DNA of 64,000 nt from an uncultured delta proteobacterium (lineage in GTDB: Bacteria; Desulfobacterota; Binatia; UBA9968), in NCBI GenBank assembly GCA_963816145.1, contig CAWFJP010000010.1, positions 1 to 64,000 on the forward strand, in the 5' to 3' direction. The first letter of the stretch is position 1; the number at the start of each line of letters is the position of its first letter. Below the pieces are notes generated by a model. The model made no database searches and had not been told where the DNA came from. It was given only the letters and a program-made list of their open reading frames with translations. Of the stretch, positions 56,718 through 64,000 are shown in pieces. The position numbers and the translations under genes are program-made.

Positions 56718-58400
56718 ATGTCTTACCTTGTTTTGGCGCGGAAATGGCGGCCGCAAAACTTCGAGGATGTCGCCGGCCAAGAACCGATCATCCGCACACT
56801 CAAGAATGCCATCAAGGCCAACCGCATCGCCCATGCTTACCTCTTCACAGGGGTGCGCGGGGTAGGCAAGACCACCGCTGCGCGGATTCTTGCCAAGGCG
56901 TTAAATTGCGAACGGGGTCCGACCGCGACGCCGTGCAATCAGTGCAGTCAATGTGAAGAGATCACCAATGGTAGCTGCATCGATGTGCTTGAGATCGACG
57001 GTGCTTCGAACCGTGGTATCGACGAAATCCGGCAAATCATCGAAAACGTCCGCTACCAGCCGGCTCAATGCCGTTTCAAGATTTACATTATCGACGAAGT
57101 GCATCAGGTTACCAAAGACGCTTTCAATGCCCTGCTGAAGACGCTGGAAGAGCCGCCACCGTCGGTTAAGTTTATCCTCGCCACCACCGAGCCGCAGCGT
57201 TTGCCGGAAACCATTCTGTCGCGCTGCCAGCGCTATGATTTTCGCCGCATCAGTTTGCGGGAAATCGTTGAACGGCTCGCTGCCATCGGCAAGAGCGAAG
57301 GGCTTAACATTACCGATGAGGCTCTGGTGCTGCTGGCGCGCGAAGCGGACGGCAGCATGCGCGATGCGCAGTCGTTGCTTGAGCAGGTGCTCGCCTGCGC
57401 CATGCCGGCGGTGGGTGACGAGCAGCGGTCGACGGTCGACGCGGCCATGCTGCAAGAGATCCTTGGTCTGGCGCAGCGTAAGTGTCTTTACGACTTGTCT
57501 CAGGCGGTGCTCGACGGCGACCCGCGCCGGTGTGTCGAGTTGGTGGCGGAGGTCATCAGCCAGGGACGGGATTTGAGCCGTTTGTCGCGCGATTTGGTGG
57601 AGCATTTTAGAAATCTGCTGGTCGCCCGTTTGTCCGCCAGCCGAGTTGGCGCCAATCGCGCTGGCGGCGCGGATGTTTCGCAGTTACTCGATCTCCCGGA
57701 TCAGGAGATTGCCGACTTAGAACGACAGGCCGGTCCAGTGCCGGTGGAAGCGCTGCTCGATTATCTCGATTTCATGGCCGCGGGTGATGAAGAGGTGGGG
57801 CGCTCGGCGACGCCCCGATTTGCCCTCGAAGCGGTGCTGATCCGGTTGGCCAACTTGCCTCAGTTGCTGCCGGTTGCAGAGTTAGTCAGCCGGCTCGAAC
57901 GGTTGGAAGGGCGAGCTTCCAGCGGCCTGCGGTCTACAGTTGCGGCGGAGCGTCCCAAGGCGGTTTCAATACCTGCGCCGGTCATGCCAGCGGCAGTCGC
58001 GTCACCCCCCGATGCTGTCCCAGCGGCGGGTGACGATGCCGGCAAGTGGCATGAGTTCGTAGCCTTCGTCGGCAAAGAAAAAAAGTTTTTGGCATCGCAT
58101 CTCGGTGCGACGGTGGCGCTCTCGTTGCCGCCGGCGCCGCTCAAAGTCAGCGTCGCCGAACGGCATCATCTGGGTTTTCTTCAGGACGCCGATAATCTTG
58201 CCTCGCTGCGGGAGTTAGCCAAGCGGTTTTTCGCTCAGGAGGTTACGATTCAATTCGTTGCTTCGGGCGTTGATGCGGCGTCTGCCGTGGCCGCCGATGT
58301 GTCGCGTACCAGCAGCGCCGTGGATGACCGCAGTGACATGGTAAAGGAAGCGTTGCGCATCTTCGGCGGTTCGGTCCGTTCGGTGCGGCGGGAAAGTTGA
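56718..58400 (+). CDS. dnaX: DNA polymerase III subunit gamma/tau
   Basis: LARKWRPQ, GVRGVGKT, IIDEVH, NALLKTLEEPP, SRC. Confidence 0.97.
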   Translation: MSYLVLARKWRPQNFEDVAGQEPIIRTLKNAIKANRIAHAYLFTGVRGVGKTTAARILAKALNCERGPTATPCNQCSQCEEITNGSCIDVLEIDGASNRGIDEIRQIIENVRYQPAQCRFKIYIIDEVHQVTKDAFNALLKTLEEPPPSVKFILATTEPQRLPETILSRCQRYDFRRISLREIVERLAAIGKSEGLNITDEALVLLAREADGSMRDAQSLLEQVLACAMPAVGDEQRSTVDAAMLQEILGLAQRKCLYDLSQAVLDGDPRRCVELVAEVISQGRDLSRLSRDLVEHFRNLLVARLSASRVGANRAGGADVSQLLDLPDQEIADLERQAGPVPVEALLDYLDFMAAGDEEVGRSATPRFALEAVLIRLANLPQLLPVAELVSRLERLEGRASSGLRSTVAAERPKAVSIPAPVMPAAVASPPDAVPAAGDDAGKWHEFVAFVGKEKKFLASHLGATVALSLPPAPLKVSVAERHHLGFLQDADNLASLRELAKRFFAQEVTIQFVASGVDAASAVAADVSRTSSAVDDRSDMVKEALRIFGGSVRSVRRES

Positions 58401-58456
58401 TGATGGAGTCGGCGTGGGCAGTTAGTGGCGAGGAAGCGTGAGTTAGGAGAAGAAAT

Positions 58457-58780
58457 ATGGCGAGCATTCCGGGAATGGGCAATCTGCTCAAGCAAGCGCA
58501 GGACATGCAGGCGCGTATGGCCAAGGTCCAAGAAGAGTTGGCGCATATGACCGTCGAGGGTTCCGCCGGCGGTGGCATGGTTCAGGTGACCGTCAACGGA
58601 CAGTTCAATCTGACCGCGGTGAAGATCGAACCCTCGGTCATCAGCGTGGAGGAAAAGGGCATGCTGGAGGATTTGATCCTCGCCGCGGTCAACGACGGCA
58701 TGCGCAAAGCGCGTGAGATGGCGTCGGCGGAGATGGCCAAGCTCACCGGCGGCTTCAAAATCCCCGGGCTGATGCCGTAG
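58457..58780 (+). CDS. ybaB: YbaB/EbfC nucleoid-associated protein
   Basis: GSAGGGMVQV, LEDLILAAVND; between dnaX and recR. Confidence 0.95.
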   Translation: MASIPGMGNLLKQAQDMQARMAKVQEELAHMTVEGSAGGGMVQVTVNGQFNLTAVKIEPSVISVEEKGMLEDLILAAVNDGMRKAREMASAEMAKLTGGFKIPGLMP

Positions 58781-58871
58781 TTATCCTGCCGAAACAGACC
58801 CCAACCAAAGTCAAAACAACCGCGAGTATGAAAACAAAGAACATCATCGCCTCGCAAAACGAGACCTGCTC

Positions 58872-59492
58872 ATGACCATGTATCCCGCGCCTCTGGCCCG
58901 TTTGATTCAAGAGCTTTCCAAGCTGCCGGGTATCGGTGAAAAATCGGCGGCGCGTTTGGCGTTTCATATGTTGAAGGGCAAACGGGACGATGTTTTTCGT
59001 CTCGCCGACAGCATTGGCCGGCTGCGCCAAGAAATGGGTTTATGCGACCGCTGTTTCGGTTTCAGCGAGGTTCACGCCCAAAACGAAGACGTTACGCAGT
59101 GCGACGTTTGCAAAAACTCGAATCGAGAAGAAGATAAGATTTGTGTCGTCGAAGAGCCGGCGGACATGATCGCGGTGGAAAAGTCCCAAGAGTACCGCGG
59201 CCAGTATCATGTGCTGCACGGCACGATCTCGCCACTCGACGGCGTCGGCCCCGACGCGTTGCGCATCAAAGAATTGCTCGAGCGGCTGCGCGATGGGGCG
59301 GTCAAGGAAGTCATCGTCGCGACCAATCCGACGATGGACGGCGAAGCCACGGCGTTCTATCTATCGAAGTTGATCAAGCCGCTCGGCGTTTCCGTCACGC
59401 GCATCGCCCGCGGCTTGCCGATGGGTGGCGATCTCGAATACACCGATGCGGTGACTCTGGGCAAAGCGCTCGAAGGGCGGCGCGAGATTTAG
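58872..59492 (+). CDS. recR: Recombination mediator RecR
   Basis: LPGIGEKSA, C4 zinc finger, YHVLHG, Toprim DGEATA, GGDLEY.D. Confidence 0.97.
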   Translation: MTMYPAPLARLIQELSKLPGIGEKSAARLAFHMLKGKRDDVFRLADSIGRLRQEMGLCDRCFGFSEVHAQNEDVTQCDVCKNSNREEDKICVVEEPADMIAVEKSQEYRGQYHVLHGTISPLDGVGPDALRIKELLERLRDGAVKEVIVATNPTMDGEATAFYLSKLIKPLGVSVTRIARGLPMGGDLEYTDAVTLGKALEGRREI

Positions 59493-59755
59493 CACATTCG
59501 TTCACCGTCGAGCAGAAAGTTAGTCGTTCTGCTCCGGCGTGCCTCCCAGCTTCACGGCTCCTCGACATTTCAACGACCGAAATTCCAGCGGCTCTGCTTT
59601 CTAATTTCTGCACTTGAGGGTTCCTGCGGTATTCGCTATCTTAAGCGCCACGCTGGACGGCTTGCCACCGCTCCACTTGAGCACGGCGGCGAACAGCTTT
59701 ACGGCGATTTTAACACTCAATTCGACAAATCTAACTTCCAACCCGCGAGGTGATC

Positions 59756-61471
59756 ATGGCAACAGCGACGACCGATGGGAAGAATCAAGCATCCGGTCCA
59801 GTGATTTCTGGCGGCCACCTGGTGGCCAAAGCGCTCAAGAACGAGGGTGTCGAGGTGATCTGGACGCTGTGTGGCGGGCATATCATCGACATCTATGACG
59901 GCTGTCTCGACGAGGGCATCAAGATCATCGATGTGCGCCACGAGCAAGTGGCGGCCCACGCGGCGGACGGCTACTCGCGCCAGAGCGGAAAGATCGGCTG
60001 CGTGGTGACCACGGCGGGGCCGGGAACCACCAACGCGATGACCGGCATCGCCAACGCGTTTCGCGCCGAAAGTCCGCTGGTAATGATCGGCGGCCAGGGC
60101 GCGCTGTCGCAGCATAAGATGGGTTCGCTGCAAGACCTGCCTCACGTCGACATCATGTCGCCGATCACCAAATTTGCCGCCAGCGTGCCGCATACCGAGC
60201 GGGTCGCCGATATGGTGTCGATGGCGTTTCGCGAAGCGGTGAACGGCGCGCCGGGGCCAAGCTACCTGGAAATTCCCCGCGACATCCTCGACGCCAAGGT
60301 GCCGCTGGAGCGGGCGCGTATTCCCCAGGCCGGCGCCTATCGGGCGTCGACCAAATCGATCGGCGATCCCGCTGACATTGAAAAGCTCGCCGACATTCTC
60401 GTCAACTCGGAACGGCCTTGCGCGTTGTTCGGCACGCAGGTGTGGACCTCGCGCGGTCACGATGCCGCGGTCGAGCTGTGCCGCGCGCTGAACATTCCGG
60501 GTTACATGAACGGTTCGAGCCGCGGCATTTTCGCGCCGGGCGATCCGCATGGTTTTAACCGCACGCGCCGCGCCGCCTTCGACAAAGCGGATGTGATTCT
60601 GATCGTCGGTTGCCCGTTCGATTTTCGCTTGGGCTACGGCCGTCGGCTGCGCCCCGACGCGACTGTCGTGCAGATCGATCTCGACTACCGCAACGTCGGC
60701 AAAAACCGCGACATCTCGCTTGGCCTGGTGGGCGACTGCGGCGCGATTCTCAAAGCCGTCGAGCAGGCCGCAACTGGGCGCGCTGCTAAGGGCAAGGCCA
60801 AGCGCGGCGAATGGATGAAGGAACTGCGCGCCGGCGAGGCGAAGGCCTACGAAAAGCTTTTGCCGTCGTTCAAATCCGAATCGACGCCGATCAATCCATA
60901 TCGCGTCGCCTATGAGATCAACGAATTTCTCACCGATAACACGGTCTACATCGGCGACGGCGGCGACGTGGTGACGATCACCGCGACGGCGGTGGAGCCG
61001 CGCAAGGCCGGCAACTGGATGGATCCAGGGCCACTGGGCACTTTGGGTGTTGGTACGTCCTTCTCGATGGCGACCAAGTTCGTCCATCCTGAGAAAGAAG
61101 TGTTGTGCTACTACGGCGACGGCTCCTTCGGCATGACCGCTTGGGATATGGAAACCGCGCAGCGCTTCAAGCTGCCTTACATGGCAGTGATCGGCAACAA
61201 CTCGGCGATGAATCAAATTCGCTGCGGCCAGATCGGCAAATACGGTCCCGAGCGCGGTGGCGTGGGCAACAAGTTGGGCGATGTCGATTTTGAAAAATTT
61301 GCCGAGTGCTTCGGTGCCTGGGGCATCGCGGTGCGCGAGCCGAGCCAGATTCGCCCAGCGCTCGAAAAAGCGCGCGAACGCGTCGCCGGCGGCCAATGCG
61401 CCATCGTCAACATCTGGGTCGACATCAACGAATACGCCCCCGGCACCAAAGCGCAGACGATGTACAAGTAA
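59756..61471 (+). CDS. ThDP-dependent enzyme (oxalyl-CoA decarboxylase / 2-hydroxyacyl-CoA lyase-like)
   Basis: VRHEQ, TAGPG, DPGPLGTLGVG, GDGSFG..NN motif; upstream of frc. Confidence 0.85.
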   Translation: MATATTDGKNQASGPVISGGHLVAKALKNEGVEVIWTLCGGHIIDIYDGCLDEGIKIIDVRHEQVAAHAADGYSRQSGKIGCVVTTAGPGTTNAMTGIANAFRAESPLVMIGGQGALSQHKMGSLQDLPHVDIMSPITKFAASVPHTERVADMVSMAFREAVNGAPGPSYLEIPRDILDAKVPLERARIPQAGAYRASTKSIGDPADIEKLADILVNSERPCALFGTQVWTSRGHDAAVELCRALNIPGYMNGSSRGIFAPGDPHGFNRTRRAAFDKADVILIVGCPFDFRLGYGRRLRPDATVVQIDLDYRNVGKNRDISLGLVGDCGAILKAVEQAATGRAAKGKAKRGEWMKELRAGEAKAYEKLLPSFKSESTPINPYRVAYEINEFLTDNTVYIGDGGDVVTITATAVEPRKAGNWMDPGPLGTLGVGTSFSMATKFVHPEKEVLCYYGDGSFGMTAWDMETAQRFKLPYMAVIGNNSAMNQIRCGQIGKYGPERGGVGNKLGDVDFEKFAECFGAWGIAVREPSQIRPALEKARERVAGGQCAIVNIWVDINEYAPGTKAQTMYK

Positions 61472-61507
61472 GGAAAATTGATAATGGAGAATGGAGAATT
61501 GATAATG
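61472..61507 (+). repeat. Heptamer tandem repeat, same family as the gatA-gatB spacer
   Basis: GGAAAAT TGATAAT GGAGAAT GGAGAAT TGATAAT right after the stop codon. Confidence 0.75.
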
Positions 61508-61601
61508 CTCGGAAATCATATCCGACATTCCTGCTCTTCGTGTCCTCCTTAGAAAATACATGTGCAAGTATGATCTGTGCGACGAATTGGCACGAGGTTT
61601 C

Positions 61602-61669
61602 CGTCATACCGGCGAAAGCCGGTATCCATCCCCTCCCACCCCTGGATGCCGGCCTGCGCCGGCATGACG
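61602..61669. repeat. REP-like palindromic element
   Basis: CGTCATACCGGCGAAAGCCGGTATCCA..TGGATGCCGGCCTGCGCCGGCATGACG: two hairpins inside an inverted repeat. Confidence 0.8.
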
Positions 61670-61786
61670 AATCTAGGGAAAAAACATGGGGTGGTGGGAT
61701 GGTTGCGATTTCATACTCTGTGGACGAGTGTAAGCGCATGAACACTTCGTGGTGAGAACGAATTTTTATAAGGAGATAAGTTATTG

Positions 61787-63028
61787 ATGGCAAAGGCGCT
61801 CGATGGCATTCGCATTCTCGATATGACTCATGTGCAGTCGGGGCCGACTTGCACGCAGATCCTCGCTTGGTTCGGCGCCGACGTCATCAAAGTCGAACTA
61901 CCCGGGCGGGGCGACATTACGCGCGGACAGTTGCGCGATAAGCCCAACGTCGACAGTCTGTATTTCACCATGCTCAACTGCAACAAGCGCAGTATTACGA
62001 TCAACACCAAGCATGAAAAAGGTAAAGAAGTGTTTCGCAGGTTGATCAAGTGCTGCGATGTTATGGTCGAGAACTTCGCGCCCGGCGCCCTGGATCGGCA
62101 AGGCTTTACTTGGGAAGCGATCCACGAGATCAACCCGCGCTTGATTTATGCTTCGGTCAAAGGCTTCGGCCCCGGTCCCTACGAGGACTGCAAAGTCTAT
62201 GAGAATATCGCCCAGTGCACCGGCGGCGCGGCGAGCACCACCGGATTCGACGACGGCCCGCCGCTCGTCACCGGCGCGCAGATCGGCGATTCGGGCACCG
62301 GCATTCATCTCGTCGCGGGAATTTTAGCTGCGCTGTTTCAGCGCGAGAAAAGCGGCCAAGGGCAGCGTGTCACCTGCGCCATGCAGGACACCGTGCTCAA
62401 TTTGTGCCGGGTGAAATTGCGCGATCAGCAACGCTTGGCCTCAGGGCCGCTGATGGAATATCCGCAGTACCCCAACGGGGTCTTCGGCGACGCCGTGCCG
62501 CGGGCGGGCAACGCTTCGGGCGGCGGCCAGCCGGGCTGGGCCGTGCGCACCAAAGGGGGCGGCCCCAACGATTATATTTACGTGATCATTCAGCCGCCGG
62601 GTTGGGAGCCTCTAATGAAGTTGTGCGGCCGGCTCGAGTTGATCACCGATCCGGAATGGGCGACGCCGGAAAAGCGTTTGCCCAAGCTCGACAAGTGCTT
62701 CGAGATCATCGAGCAGTGGGCGATGACGATGGATAAACTGGAAGTGATGCGCCAGCTCAATCAATTCGACATCCCCTGCGGGCCGATTCTCGACATGGGC
62801 GAGATCGCCGACGAGCAGGCGCTACGCGAGACCGGCACGGTGGTCGAAGTGGATCATCCCAAACGAGGTAAATTTTTGACCGTCGGCAATCCAATCAAGC
62901 TGTCGGACTCGCCGACGGAAGTGATAGCCTCGCCGCTGTTGGGCGAGCATACCGACGAGATTTTGAAATCCATTGTCGGCTGGAGCGACGCCGAGATCGC
63001 TGCGGCGCGCAAAGAAGGGGCGATTTAG
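61787..63028 (+). CDS. frc: Formyl-CoA transferase (CoA-transferase family III)
   Basis: [22 protein letters not shown] catalytic Asp, [10 protein letters not shown] loop. Confidence 0.92.
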   Translation: MAKALDGIRILDMTHVQSGPTCTQILAWFGADVIKVELPGRGDITRGQLRDKPNVDSLYFTMLNCNKRSITINTKHEKGKEVFRRLIKCCDVMVENFAPGALDRQGFTWEAIHEINPRLIYASVKGFGPGPYEDCKVYENIAQCTGGAASTTGFDDGPPLVTGAQIGDSGTGIHLVAGILAALFQREKSGQGQRVTCAMQDTVLNLCRVKLRDQQRLASGPLMEYPQYPNGVFGDAVPRAGNASGGGQPGWAVRTKGGGPNDYIYVIIQPPGWEPLMKLCGRLELITDPEWATPEKRLPKLDKCFEIIEQWAMTMDKLEVMRQLNQFDIPCGPILDMGEIADEQALRETGTVVEVDHPKRGKFLTVGNPIKLSDSPTEVIASPLLGEHTDEILKSIVGWSDAEIAAARKEGAI

Positions 63029-63128
63029 GAGAAGGGATTTAATTACAAAGGGCACAAAGATCACAAAGTAGAGGATTCTGAGAATTAGCCCCGGGTCGGA
63101 CCGGGAGCAAAACAAATTTGGAATCGTC

Positions 63129-63160
63129 AGGGGCGGGTTTAGTACTTGCCCCTTTTTTTT
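63129..63160 (+). terminator. Intrinsic terminator after frc
   Basis: AGGGGCGGGT..ACTTGCCCCT followed by a T run. Confidence 0.75.
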
Positions 63161-63289
63161 GGCGGGCGCGTTCACGGGATTACTCAAAGATAGTTTCCAC
63201 GCTTCCCAAAGCCTTGGTTGATGGAGTATTAGTCGCGGTGGTGTCGAGGGGATTGTGCGGATTCGTGAAACTACCCAACGGAGAATTCA

Positions 63290-64000
63290 ATGGCGGGACA
63301 AACCCTAACAGCGGTCGTCACCGAAAAACGCAAGATCGAGATGCGTTACTTCCCGGTGCCGAAGCCGTCTTCTGACGATGCGATCTTGAAGGTCGAGCTG
63401 TGCGGCATTTGCGGCAGCGATTATCACTACTACATCGAGGGCCACCATTGGCCGTACCAGCCGCCTCCGCAGATTCTCGGTCATGAAGTGGTCGGGCGCA
63501 TCAGCGATATTTCCGGCGAAGCAGCCAAGCATTGGAAGGTCAGAGAAGGCGATCTGGTCATCGTTGAGTCGGCGGTCACATGTCATCGCTGCCGCTACTG
63601 TACCACCGGCAATTCTTCACTATGCTCGACCAAGCGCAGCTACGGTATGAGCGCAAGCATGAACGAGCCGCCGTATTTATGGGGCGGCTACTCGCAATAT
63701 ATGTATCTTCATCCCGACGCGATTCTCCACGTCGTGCCGCCGGGAGTCTCTGAGCATGAGGCTGTATTGTTCAGTGGTCTGGCTAACGGCGTCAAGTGGG
63801 CGCAGCGAATTCCGGCGTTGAGCCTCGGCGATTCGATCGTCATTCTCGGTCCGGGGCAGCAGGGCTTGGGATGCGTGCTGGCGAGTTCGATTACGGGCGC
63901 CAATCCGATCATCGTTGCCGGCTTGGCGCGCGACGGCAAACGTTTGCAAGTCGCCAAGGCGCTGGGCGCGACGCACACGATCTTTTCCGATACAGCGCCT
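63290..64000 (+). CDS. Zinc-dependent alcohol dehydrogenase (MDR family), 3' end outside window
   Basis: Absent from ORF track; hand translation MAGQTLTAVV..CGICGSD..LGHEVVG..CHRCRYC..C..GPGQQG; GGAG RBS. Confidence 0.92.
   Translation, partial: MAGQTLTAVVTEKRKIEMRYFPVPKPSSDDAILKVELCGICGSDYHYYIEGHHWPYQPPPQILGHEVVGRISDISGEAAKHWKVREGDLVIVESAVTCHRCRYCTTGNSSLCSTKRSYGMSASMNEPPYLWGGYSQYMYLHPDAILHVVPPGVSEHEAVLFSGLANGVKWAQRIPALSLGDSIVILGPGQQGLGCVLASSITGANPIIVAGLARDGKRLQVAKALGATHTIFSDTAP

Noticed and set aside
59717-61567. 616-aa minus-strand ORF
   Set aside because: Antisense shadow of the ThDP enzyme; its start is read from the heptamer repeat.
61588-61603. Sigma54-like TGGCACGAGGTTTCCG upstream of frc
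   Set aside because: The -12 GC is CC and the site runs into the REP-like element.

Overview
Bacterial chromosomal window of moderately high GC. Gene content (many orphan NMT1/SsuA-type binding proteins, serS/tRNA-Ser/tadA/ffs/dnaX order) suggests a deltaproteobacteria-like lineage, possibly Binatota (inference only). Left to right: (1) Tad pseudopilin genes, DsbA and a GT-C glycosyltransferase; (2) a 5.53-kb tandem duplication (2974-8507 / 8507-14041) whose dsbA copies are divergent alleles; (3) a minus-strand module: MshEN-like AAA ATPase, sigma54 activator, sigma54 promoter, membrane-anchored disordered protein, coiled-coil protein, DUF4388 protein, output-less HAMP sensor, SBP-LysM fusion; (4) a SPOR lipoprotein, gatCAB, rnhB, yraN, serS; (5) all four tRNA-Ser genes, tRNA-Arg(ACG) and tadA, separated by inserted cargo (beta-CASP nuclease, CopA, Fe3+-type ABC transporter); (6) a ~13.3-kb island bounded by tRNA-Ser(CGA) and a diverged 58-bp copy of its 3' end, with a release-less A-T-C-A-T-C-A-T NRPS (predicted X-Ala-Gly) and a paralogous A-T gene sharing promoter and 3' flank; (7) ffs-dnaX-ybaB-recR, a ThDP enzyme plus frc, and a Zn-ADH cut by the window end. 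Five single-base frameshifts may be sequencing errors. Best candidates for undescribed systems are the sigma54/MshEN/DUF4388/HAMP/SBP-LysM module and the NRPS pair. All calls were made by eye; no searches were run.
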